A stretch of 54,090 nt of DNA, taken from positions 1-54,090 of the forward strand of contig JAFCEQ010000002.1 in assembly GCA_017609105.1 (NCBI GenBank), in the 5' to 3' direction. Shown one piece after another: positions 1 to 9,500 of this stretch; the stretch's first letter is position 1, and every line of letters begins with the position of its first letter. The notes below the pieces were generated by a model. The model worked only from the letters and a program-made list of their open reading frames with translations, searched no databases and was not told where the DNA came from. Made by a program: the position numbers and the translations under genes. This stretch comes from Candidatus Parvarchaeota archaeon. Lineage in GTDB: Archaea; Nanobdellota; Nanobdellia; JAFCGN01.

Positions 1-2
1 TT

Positions 3-329
3 GTTGATGAAAAAAATGTGAAAAAGGCGCATGAGGAATTAATAAAATTAATGAAAAAGGAACAAACATTGAATATTGAAGAAGTTTTTGCGAAAACTTT
101 TGAAAAAAATAAGAATGTTTTCACTGTTTTTGTAATTATTCCAAAAGGATTTACAAAAAAATACGGAAGAATAGATAAAAAATTATGGGAATCACTTCCT
201 AATAAAATAATTTCTAAGATTAAAAATAAAGTTTATCTTTCTTTTAGCACGCAAATTGATAAGAATTTGAATAATAAAATTGAAGAAACTTTAAGTTCTT
301 TTTCAGAGAATATTGTATTAAAAAGATAG
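3..329 (+). CDS. Hypothetical protein, probably the 3' part of a gene starting before the window
   Basis: The frame of ORF 18..329 stays open to the window edge (gtt gat gaa aaa aat gtg...); no recognisable motif. Confidence 0.6.
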   Translation, partial: VDEKNVKKAHEELIKLMKKEQTLNIEEVFAKTFEKNKNVFTVFVIIPKGFTKKYGRIDKKLWESLPNKIISKIKNKVYLSFSTQIDKNLNNKIEETLSSFSENIVLKR

Positions 330-384
330 TTTTAAAAATACATAGAAAAATATTTAATGAGGGGAATGAATTTTAAGAAAGAGT

Positions 385-459
385 GGGTTCGTCGTCTAGC
401 CTGGTCTAGGATTCGAGGTTTGGGACCTCGCGACCCCGGTTCAAATCCGGGCGAACCCA
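385..459 (+). tRNA. tRNA-Pro(TGG)
   Basis: Acceptor GGGTTCG/CGAACCC-A; anticodon arm CGAGG-TT-TGG-GA-CCTCG; T arm GGTTCAAATCC; CCA not encoded. Confidence 0.97.
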
Positions 460-548
460 CATAAATTTATTAAGAAAAATATATTAAGTAAAGTTTATAA
501 GTGATTATTTCAGAATGATAAACATAAATTATGAGTAATTCTTTATTA

Positions 549-648
549 GGTGACAAAAACATGAATCCACAATTAAGTGAAAACAAAATGAAAGATTTGG
601 TGACAAAAACATGAATCCACAATTAAGTGAAAACAAAATGAAAGATTT
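549..648 (+). repeat. Exact 50-bp tandem duplication covering the SD and first 12 codons of psmB
   Basis: GGTGACAAAAACATGAATCCACAATTAAGTGAAAACAAAATGAAAGATTT at 549-598 and 599-648. Confidence 0.95.
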
Positions 649-1264
649 AATAAAAAAAGGGACAACAACAGTCGGTATTGTATGCAAGGATGGCGTTATT
701 CTTGCTGCTGACCAAAGAGTTAGTATGGGGAATTTAAATATTCATAGAATTACGAAAATTGAAAAAATTACTGATAATGTTGCTGTAACAATGGCAGGTT
801 CTGTTGGTGATAATCAACTCATAATCAAGTACTTGCGTTCTCAAATGGAGTTATGGACTATAAGAAGAGGTAAAAAACCTTCTTCAAAAGCTTGCGCTAC
901 TCTTCTTGCGAACATTCTTGCAGGAGGAAAAGGTTATTTTCCTTTTTATGTTCAAATGCTGCTCGCAGGTTATGATGAAGATAATACAGGGCATTTATTT
1001 AGTTTAGGCCCTGACGGTTCTTTAATAGAAGATAATTTTGTTTCAACAGGAAGTGGAAGCGTTTTTGCTTACGGCGTTCTTGATGAACATTTAAGAAATA
1101 AGGCGATTACAATTAAAGAAGCTATTCCTATTGCAGTGAAAGCAATAAATGCTGCGATAAGAAGGGATTTATACACTGGAGAGGGAATAACTGTTTTTGT
1201 TCTTGATAAGAACGGAATAAACAAGCTTTCAAAAACAGAAGTTGAAAAAAATTTAAAATATTAA
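611..1264 (+). CDS. psmB: Proteasome subunit beta
   Basis: Propeptide then KKG|TTTVG (catalytic Thr1); AADQR, GSVGD, TGSGS motifs; GGTGA SD at 599-603. Confidence 0.96.
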   Translation: MNPQLSENKMKDLIKKGTTTVGIVCKDGVILAADQRVSMGNLNIHRITKIEKITDNVAVTMAGSVGDNQLIIKYLRSQMELWTIRRGKKPSSKACATLLANILAGGKGYFPFYVQMLLAGYDEDNTGHLFSLGPDGSLIEDNFVSTGSGSVFAYGVLDEHLRNKAITIKEAIPIAVKAINAAIRRDLYTGEGITVFVLDKNGINKLSKTEVEKNLKY

Positions 1265-1322
1265 AATTTTACATTTTATTTCATTTCATTTTCAAATTTT
1301 TGAAAAAAAATCGGTTTTTTAA

Positions 1323-3221
1323 ATGGAAGCAAAAAAATTAATTGAAAATATAAAAAAATTATTGCCTTCAGACGCGATGATTACTGATTATGCTTTTGAA
1401 GGCGCGAATATTGTTCTTTACACAAAGAACAAATTGTTTTTATTTAATCATAAGACTTCAATAAAAAAAGTAGTGGAAACAATAAAGAAAAGAGTTGAAG
1501 TAAGGCCTGACACCATATTATTGAGAGACCCTGAATCAACAAAAAAAGAAATCTTAGAAATGGTTCCAAAAGAAGCAGGAATTAAGGATTTATGGTTTGA
1601 TGAAAAAAGAAGTATTGTTATCATAGAAGCTGATAAACCTGGAATAATTATAGGTAAGAATGGAGCGCTTCTTGAAAAAATAAGGAATAATACGATTTGG
1701 ATTCCAAAAGTAAGAAGAGCGCCTGTTGTTAAATCTGATATAATAAGAACAATAAGATTAACTTATTATCAGAACTCTGATTATAGGAGGAAGTTCTTGA
1801 ATGAACTTGGAAAAAAAATTTATGTGGATTGGAATAGAAATGAAAAGTATTGGGTGCGAATTTCTGCTTTAGGAGGTTTTAGAGAAGTTGGGCGTTCTTG
1901 TTTATTACTTCAAACCCCTATTAGCAAGGTTTTAATTGATTGCGGAGTAAATGTTGCTAATGAGAGGAATGCATTTCCGCATTTAGAAGCACCAGAGTTT
2001 AATATTAAAGATTTAGACGCAGTTATAATAACGCACGCTCATTTAGATCATCATGGATTTCTTCCATACTTATTCAAGTATGGGTATAAAGGCCCGGTTT
2101 ATTGCACTGAACCAACAAGAGATATAATGACGCTTTTAGAATTAGATTATGTTGATATAGCGCAAAAAGAAGCAAAAAAAGTTCTTTATGATTCAAGAGA
2201 TATAAAAGAAATGGTTAAACACACAGTATGCTTTGAGTATGGAGAAGTAAATGATATTACACCAGATATAAGAATAACTTTTCATAATGCAGGGCATATT
2301 CTTGGTAGTTCAATGGTTCATTTAAACATTGGAGAGGGTTTCCATAATTTTCTTGTAACAAGTGATTTTAAATTCTTGGATAGCAAGCTCTTGAATAAAG
2401 CAGAAACAAGTTTTTTAAGATTAGAAACTGTAATGATTGAAAGCACTTACGGTTCAAAAGATGATGTTCTTAAGCCGCGTAGAGAAGCTGAACTTGATTT
2501 AATTAATTATGTTTCTAAAACAATTAATAGAGGAGGAAAAGTTTTAATTCCAGTATTAGGTGTTGGAAGAGCTCAAGAAGTAATGCTCATACTTGAAGAA
2601 GCAGTAAGAAAAAAATTGCTTCCTGAGATTCCAATATTTATTGATGGCATGGTTTGGGATATTGCTGCAATAACAACGACTTATCCTGAGTTTTTGAACA
2701 AGAAAATAAGAAACTTAATATTCCAACAAGACCATAATCCCTTCTTAAACCCAATATTTAAGAGAGTTGGTTCAAACAAGGAAAGAAAAGAAGTTATTGA
2801 AGAAACAGGTCCTTGCGTTATTCTTGCCACAAGCGGTATGCTTGTTGGAGGCCCTTCTGTTGAATACTTAAAAGCATTAAGTGATAATGCTAAGAATTCC
2901 TTAATTTTTGTAGCATATCAAGGACAAGGAAGTCCAGGAAGAGACATACAAAACGGGGCTAAAGAAATTTATTTAGAACATGAAGGAAAGAAAATGCTTG
3001 TTCCAATAAAATTAGAACATCACACAATACACGCGCTCACAGGACATTCTGATAGGAATGAATTAATTAATTTTGTTAAATCCTTGAATCCAAGACCAAA
3101 GAGAATAATAATAAATCATGGTGAAAGTTCTAAATGTTTGGATATTGCATCAACCTTGCATAAAATAATGAAAGTTGAAACAAGTGCGCCAAGAAATCTT
3201 GATGCATTAAGGATTAGATAA
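1323..3221 (+). CDS. fttA: Beta-CASP ribonuclease aCPSF1 / transcription termination factor FttA
   Basis: N-terminal KH region (IIGKNG), GGFREVGRS, THAHLDH, AGHILGS, ESTYG, GHSD, NHGE; next to psmB as in many archaea. Confidence 0.96.
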   Translation: MEAKKLIENIKKLLPSDAMITDYAFEGANIVLYTKNKLFLFNHKTSIKKVVETIKKRVEVRPDTILLRDPESTKKEILEMVPKEAGIKDLWFDEKRSIVIIEADKPGIIIGKNGALLEKIRNNTIWIPKVRRAPVVKSDIIRTIRLTYYQNSDYRRKFLNELGKKIYVDWNRNEKYWVRISALGGFREVGRSCLLLQTPISKVLIDCGVNVANERNAFPHLEAPEFNIKDLDAVIITHAHLDHHGFLPYLFKYGYKGPVYCTEPTRDIMTLLELDYVDIAQKEAKKVLYDSRDIKEMVKHTVCFEYGEVNDITPDIRITFHNAGHILGSSMVHLNIGEGFHNFLVTSDFKFLDSKLLNKAETSFLRLETVMIESTYGSKDDVLKPRREAELDLINYVSKTINRGGKVLIPVLGVGRAQEVMLILEEAVRKKLLPEIPIFIDGMVWDIAAITTTYPEFLNKKIRNLIFQQDHNPFLNPIFKRVGSNKERKEVIEETGPCVILATSGMLVGGPSVEYLKALSDNAKNSLIFVAYQGQGSPGRDIQNGAKEIYLEHEGKKMLVPIKLEHHTIHALTGHSDRNELINFVKSLNPRPKRIIINHGESSKCLDIASTLHKIMKVETSAPRNLDALRIR

Positions 3222-3277
3222 AAAAAATTTAAAGAATATCATAATCTTTTTATTCTAAACTCGTTTTATTTTAATTC

Positions 3278-3781
3278 ATGTCTGAAGAATATACTGTAGC
3301 AGGAACAAGCAAAGTCAGGTATGTTGGTGTTTTTGATTTAGGAGAAGTATATAAATTGCTTTACGATTTATTAACAGCAGAAAATTATACTGTTGAAGAA
3401 GAAAAATATAAGGAAAAAATAACAAACGCAGGCAAACAAATTGAAATTAATTGGGTTGCTGAAAAAAAAGTTGATGATTACACAATGTTCGTGATTAAGA
3501 TTTCTTATTTTATTGTAGGATTAGAAAAAGTTAAAGTTAAGAGAGATGGCGTTGAAGTAAGCATGAATAAAGGAGATATTGAAATTGCTTTTAAAGCAAT
3601 TCTTAAAACAGATTATGAGAATAGGTGGGAAACCTCTCCAATTCTTAAATTTCTTAAAGGAATCTATGATGTTTATATTTACAAAAGCACTTTTGAGAAT
3701 TGGAAGAAACAAATTTATAATGAAATGTATTCAATTCAAAATGAAATAAAATCGCATTTCAATCTTTCAAGATTCTTATAA
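3278..3781 (+). CDS. Hypothetical protein
   Basis: 167-aa ORF with ATG start and typical codon usage; no function recognised. Confidence 0.8.
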   Translation: MSEEYTVAGTSKVRYVGVFDLGEVYKLLYDLLTAENYTVEEEKYKEKITNAGKQIEINWVAEKKVDDYTMFVIKISYFIVGLEKVKVKRDGVEVSMNKGDIEIAFKAILKTDYENRWETSPILKFLKGIYDVYIYKSTFENWKKQIYNEMYSIQNEIKSHFNLSRFL

Positions 3782-3797
3782 AAAAAATTTTTCATTA

Positions 3798-4439
3798 TTA
3801 TTTTAATAACAATTTTTTCCAAAACTTTTTACTTGTTCTAAAGATTTTAAAATTTGCTTTAATACTATTCCCTAATCTTGGATTATTCCTTCTTATTGAT
3901 TTAATCATAACATTTTTTGTTTTAAAACCATTGTTCACGCAATTTAATTTGAATTCAGCACCATAAGTATTTTCTTTTTCAAAATATCCTATTCTCTCGT
4001 AAACACTTTTCTTGAATGCAACGAAACCGCAGAATAAATCCTGAACACCTTTTTTTGAAGAAAACCATGAAAGAATTTTTTCAGATATTCTTGGAATCGT
4101 TTTTCTCTTCCCAAACACCACGTCATTATTTTCTAAATATTTTAAGAATTTCGGAATATCCTTTGGATTATGTTCATTATCAGAATCCATTAAAACAATT
4201 ATTTCTTCTTTTATGTTTTTCAAAGCTTTTTCAATAGACATTGAAGGACCAATACTTTTCTTATTTTTCACTACTTCTGCACCATACTTTTTCGCGATTT
4301 TAGAAGTATTATCAGTGGAAGCATCATCAATTATTGTTACATTATAATTAATTAATTTTGGGAGAAGAATCTTCAAATTATTTTCTTCATTTTTTGCAGG
4401 CATGATTATCCTAATTGATTTGCTTTTCCTTTTCTTCAT
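3798..4439 (-). CDS. Glycosyltransferase family 2 (DPM-synthase-like)
   Basis: IIMPAKNEE, IIDDASTDNT, MDSDNEH (DxD), DLFCGF; start more likely ATG 4439 (MKKRKSK) than 4508. Confidence 0.88.
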   Translation of the reverse strand: MKKRKSKSIRIIMPAKNEENNLKILLPKLINYNVTIIDDASTDNTSKIAKKYGAEVVKNKKSIGPSMSIEKALKNIKEEIIVLMDSDNEHNPKDIPKFLKYLENNDVVFGKRKTIPRISEKILSWFSSKKGVQDLFCGFVAFKKSVYERIGYFEKENTYGAEFKLNCVNNGFKTKNVMIKSIRRNNPRLGNSIKANFKIFRTSKKFWKKLLLK

Positions 4440-4541
4440 TTCATTAACACAACACAATCTTATTAATAAGAGTTTAAAAAATTTTACAAAAACATTTTGA
4501 TATAACAATGTTTTTAAAGGAATAAAATTCTATTTATTTTT

Positions 4542-4630
4542 GGCAAGGCTATGCCCCTACATGAAGGTACCTGAGGGAGATTGTTGAAAAACTGCAATGA
4601 ATTCAGGGGTTAGTGTTTAGGGGCACACTT
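4542..4630 (+). ncRNA. Candidate structured small RNA (H/ACA-guide-like hairpin)
   Basis: GC-rich island; stem GCCCCTA(4553-4559)/TAGGGGC(4618-4624) followed directly by ACA (4625-4627); 10+10-nt internal loop; upper stem CCTGAG/TTCAGG; TATA-like TTTTTAAA at 4511-4518. Confidence 0.5.
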
Positions 4631-4652
4631 ATCATTAATTTAGTAAAAATCA

Positions 4653-4798
4653 TTTAAAAAACAGTTGATAATGGATTCAATTATTTAAATCCCAAATCAC
4701 TTTCACAAAATCATGATAAATGAAATTCATAAGAAAGTAATTCATAGAATGTACTTAAAGGATAAGAAAATTAATTCCTTTATCAGTTGTTTTTTAAA
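4653..4798. repeat. Imperfect 30-bp inverted repeat enclosing the dnaG upstream region
   Basis: 4653-4682 matches the reverse complement of 4769-4798 at 25/30 positions (17/19 in the outer arm). Confidence 0.75.
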
Positions 4799-4817
4799 AG
4801 AATGGAGGTAAGGTTTT

Positions 4818-6002
4818 ATGGGTAAAATTGCTCCAGTTTCAGCAAAATATATTATTAATGCAAAAATAGATGTTGAAGGCGTTGTAGAAAAACCTGATGT
4901 AATAGGCGCTATTTTTGGACAAACAGAAGGACTTTTAGGTTCTGACTTAGAATTAAGAGAATTGCAAAAATCTGGAAAAATAGGAAGAATAGATGTTGAA
5001 TTAAAAACAGAAGAAGGGAAAACAAGCGGGACAATAACAATTCCAAGCAGTTTAGATAAAACAGAAACAGCAGTTATTGGTGCTGCAATAGAAACAATTC
5101 AAAGAATCGGTCCGTGCGATTCAAAAGTTGAAATAACAAACATAGAAGATGTTAGAATTAACAAAAGAGAATTTCTTATGAAAAGAGCAAAGGATTTATT
5201 GAAAACACTTGAAGCTAAAACTCCTGAAGCACAAGAAATAACAGAGAAAGTAAGAAGTTCTGTGAGGAAAAGTGAAATTGTTGAATTAGGCCCTGATAGG
5301 CTTTCAGCAGGCCCTGAATTCCTTTCAAGTGATGAAATAATCCTTGTTGAAGGAAGAGCAGATGTTTTAAATTTATTGAAGCACGGCATAAACAATTGTT
5401 TAGAAGTGAACGGAACTAACATACCTAAATCAATTGAAAAACTTTGCAAAGGAAAAGAAATAACAGTATTAGTTGATGGTGATAGAGGAGGAGACCTAAT
5501 TATTAAAGCATTAAAGGAATTAGTGGATATCTCTTTTATTGCAAAAGCTCCTGAAGGAAAAGAAGTGGAAGAATTAACTAGCAAGGAATTACTTAAAACA
5601 TTAAGAGCAAGAATGCCATTATATGAAATGAAAAAAGAACGCAAACCTGTTAAAAAATCAAATTACAAGAGAACTTATGTTAAAAAAACAATAACAAGAA
5701 GCGCAAGAATACCTAAAGGATTAAAAACAGATTTTATTAAAATAATGAATGAATTAATTGGAACAAAAGGAGCTTATCTTCTTGATAAGGACTTGAATAT
5801 TTTAGGCAAAATACCTATTGATTCATTAATTGAAACAGTGCCTAACGTGGAGAACGCTTATGCAGTGCTTTTAGACGGAGAAATTGATAATGAATTAGCA
5901 AAAAAAGCAAGTTATGCAGGTGTTAAATTCTTAATAGGAACATCAAAAACAGCGCTTTACACAAAAGGAGTTAAAGTTCTTACAATAGAAGAACTTGAAT
6001 AA
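4818..6002 (+). CDS. dnaG: Archaeal DnaG (TOPRIM; exosome-associated)
   Basis: GVVEKPDVIGAIFGQTEGLLG, VEGRADV, DGDRGG, EVEELT; SD GGAGGT at 4804-4809. Confidence 0.96.
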   Translation: MGKIAPVSAKYIINAKIDVEGVVEKPDVIGAIFGQTEGLLGSDLELRELQKSGKIGRIDVELKTEEGKTSGTITIPSSLDKTETAVIGAAIETIQRIGPCDSKVEITNIEDVRINKREFLMKRAKDLLKTLEAKTPEAQEITEKVRSSVRKSEIVELGPDRLSAGPEFLSSDEIILVEGRADVLNLLKHGINNCLEVNGTNIPKSIEKLCKGKEITVLVDGDRGGDLIIKALKELVDISFIAKAPEGKEVEELTSKELLKTLRARMPLYEMKKERKPVKKSNYKRTYVKKTITRSARIPKGLKTDFIKIMNELIGTKGAYLLDKDLNILGKIPIDSLIETVPNVENAYAVLLDGEIDNELAKKASYAGVKFLIGTSKTALYTKGVKVLTIEELE

Positions 6003-6089
6003 AAACAATTAATTATTTTTTTTTATTATTATTTTTTTTTAATTTTCTTTTCAGTAATCTTTAATAAGAGAATAAGTTCTTTAATTTTT

Positions 6090-6359
6090 GTAAGCTAGAG
6101 GGGGGGTTAGGCGTCCCCTATTGCTGGAAACCGTCTACATGCCAGCCTCGAAAGCTTGGAGGCGGCTTGCTGAACAAATCAATGTTCTTGTTCGGCGCGC
6201 TGAAGCCTCGTCCTGTCTGATTGCAAGAACTGTGAACCGTGTCAGGCCGGGAACGGAGCAGCACTAAGCAGTTTTTGTAATGCTGATAGGTTAGCGGGGT
6301 GGAGCAATGAATAAGAACCTCTTGTTTTTGGGATGCAAGTCCACTCCAAGCCCGCTTAC
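6090..6359 (+). ncRNA. ffs: Signal recognition particle RNA (7S, with Alu domain)
   Basis: Helix 8 motif GTGTCAGGCCGGGAACGGAGCAGCAC; Alu-like GGGGGGTTAGGCGTCCCC; terminal helix GTAAGC/GCTTAC; followed by a T tract. Confidence 0.93.
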
Positions 6360-6360
6360 A

Positions 6361-6392
6361 ATTTTTTTTTAATTCTAAAAAATTTTTTTCAG
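6361..6392 (+). terminator. Oligo-T terminator after SRP RNA
   Basis: T9 run directly after the terminal helix, then a second T run. Confidence 0.5.
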
Positions 6393-6425
6393 GCAAACAA
6401 AAATTTTGTTTAAAAAACATAGAAG

Positions 6426-6498
6426 TGGGCTCGGCAGGATTTGAACCTGCGACCCCCGCGGTGTAAACGCGATGTCATAGCCACTAGACCACGAGCCC
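6426..6498 (-). tRNA. tRNA-Val(TAC)
   Basis: Reverse complement GGGCTCG...TCGCG-TT-TAC-AC-CGCGG...GGTTCAAATCC...CGAGCCC-A. Confidence 0.96.
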
Positions 6499-6579
6499 TC
6501 TTTTAAGAATAAGGAATTTTTTCATTATTTAAAGTTTGTTTTTTATTCTTTCACTACTTACTTCTTCTAAAAAAACTTT

Positions 6580-9500
6580 TTATTTATCCATATACTTTTC
6601 CACATCATCAAGCTTAATGCTTACAACCTGGCTTATTTTTTTGTCATTACAACTTACACCATAAAGTTTGTCAGTCATCATAATTATTTCATCATTATGA
6701 GTTATTACAATGAATTGAGTTCTTTTAGAATACTCTCTTATGCGAAGAGCTAACTTCTCACTATTTGTTTTATCTAATGCAGAATCAATTTCATCAACAA
6801 TGTAGAATGGAGCAATCTTATAATCTTGTATTGCAAATAAGAATGCTATTGTTACAAGAGTTTTTTCCCCGCCACTTAATAAATTCAAAGAAGACATTTT
6901 TTTCCCAGCAGGCCTTGCCACTATCTCAAGCCCTCCTTCTAATGGGTTCTCAGGAGTTTCTAATGTTAATCTTGCTTCTCCTTCAGGACTTAAATAACTG
7001 AAGGACTCATTAAATTTATTATTCACTTCTTTTAAAGTATTAAGGAACACGAATTTCTTTTTTCCTTCAATCTGCGATATTAAATTAAGAACGCTTTCTT
7101 TTTCTTTTTCAAGTTCTTCAGATTTCTCGCTTAACACTTCAAAATCATTTCTTACATGAGCGTATTTATCAAGAGCTTTCATATTCACTGCTCCATAATT
7201 TGCAATCGTTCTTCTAAGATTTGACTCTTCCTCCATTAATTCTTTCAATGTTTTTCTTGTACCACTCACTTCTAAATTTGAAAATTCCTTTAACCTCTCT
7301 TTTAATCCAGCAATCTCTCCAACAATCTCTGATTTCCTTATTTTTAATTCATTTCTTTTTTCTTCTTTTCTTTCTATCATTCCCTTATTTTTTATTTGAG
7401 AAAGCCTTAATTTTTCTAATTCCTGATTTAATTTCTTTCTTCTCTTATTCAATTTTTCAATATTTGTGAAAAACTTCTTTTTATACTCTATTTTTTCTTT
7501 TAAAATCTTCTTTGATTTCTTTAAGAAATCCTCCATTTGCTTTATATCAAGTTTAAATCCTTTTTCTTGTTTATCTAATTGATTTAATATGCTTTCAATC
7601 CTTTTATTCTCTCCTTCTAACACTTTTGTTAATTCAGCTTCCATTGCCTTTATTTTTAAGAAAAGATCTTCATGTTCTTTTTTAAGAAGCTTAACTTCTT
7701 TCTCTATTTTTTCAAGTTCTTCTTTGCTTATCGTTTTCTTCGTGCTTGAAAGCATTAATTCAATTTTCTTTTTTTCTTCTTTTAATTTTCTTAAATTCCT
7801 TCTAACATCATCTTCTTTCGGAAGTTTCTCATCAATCCTTCTTTCTATTTCTTTTAATTGCATTTTTATTAAATTAATATTCTGTTTTATTTCAGAGAGT
7901 TCATTAGTGTAATTAGTAATAATACTAAGAATCCTATTTTTTTCTGCCCCAAGCTTAACCTTATAATTTTTGTAATTTTCTAAATTATTTCTTATTTCTT
8001 CAATTTTTCTTTCATTATCATCATCCTTGAATCCAATAGAACTGGTTTCAGAACCCCCAATAATTAAATTATTTTTTATTACAATGCCTTCCTTATTTAC
8101 TGCAATCTTGTTTAAAGGCACTTTGCTTAAATCTTCAACGATTAAACTATCTTTAAAAAGCCATTTAATAGCTTTCTCAAATTTTTTATCAAATTTTATT
8201 AAATCAATCGCTCTTTTCTCCTTAGTCTTGGATTTAATTTTAATATCCTTCAATTCTTTCAAAGGAAGTAATTTCGCCCTCCCAAGTTTATTCTTTTTTA
8301 AATAATTAATGCATTTTAAAGCAGTGCTCTTATCTTCAACCACAATTGTTTTAAGATTATCTCCTGCAAGTTCTTTATAAGCATTAGCGTATTCACTTGG
8401 AACAGTTATTAATTCAGCGAAAGTTCCAAAAATTTTTTTACCAATCTCAGGGTTCTTCCGTAATTTTAAAATCTCAATCACACCAGCATCAGAAAAACTT
8501 TGCTTTAACTTAATTCTCTCCTCAACCCTTGTCTTCTCAGTTAAAAGATAATTAATGTACTTTTCAACTTCATCTTCCTTTTTTATTATCTCATTTTTAA
8601 GCTCTTTCTGCTTTGAAATCTTGCTTGTTGATATCTTCATTTTCTTGTTAAGCAATAAAAGTTCTTTTTCTAATTTTGTTTTTTTCTTCTGAAGTTCATT
8701 ATTCTCAACAATTTTTTCAAGCTCATTCTTTAACTTCACAACTTCTTCTTCAATGCTTAAAGACTTTCTCTGAAGTTCATAAAATTGTTCCCCTGACTTG
8801 TTTTCTTCAAGAAATTCTTCTTTCTTTTTCACTTTTTCTTCTAATGTTTTTAATCTTTCTTTTTCAACACTTATTTTTTTCTTCAATTCTTTTTGCTTTC
8901 TCTCATTCTCAAGCTTTTCATTCCTCGTGTTCACTTTCTTTTCTTTTAAACCCTCTAATTGTTGTTTATTGTTTTTAATTAACTCTTCTTTGCTTTCAAT
9001 ATTAATTCTTAATTCCCGTATCTCATCTTCAATTTTTTTGCTTTCCTCTTCACCTTCTTTTTCTATTTTTACCTTCAATTCCTTTAATTCTTCCTCAGTT
9101 CTTGTTTCCTTCTCTTTTAAGATTTTTATTTCATTATTTATTTTAAAAATCTCATTATTTATTTTGTTAATATTAACATTTATTTCATCAAGTTTTTTTC
9201 TTGCCCCCTCCAACTTCTTATTCAATATTTGTGCTTCAATATAATTTAACTTATTTTTTAGTTTAACATACTTCTCCGCTGTTTTCTTCTCTTCAAGCAA
9301 ACTCTGCAATTGTTTTTCCTTCTCTTTTTTAACAATATTCAATTCCTTTATCTTATTCTCAACCTTCTGCAATTCCTTTAACGCCTTCTCTTTTTTAATC
9401 TCAAAAACAGAAATCCCAGCAATATCCTTAATAATCCCTGCTCTTTCTTCAGGATTCATCTCAATAAATCTTGCAATCTCCCCCTGCTTAATAATGTTAA

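Noticed and set aside
6118..6420. 100-aa minus-strand ORF
   Set aside because: Antisense to the SRP RNA
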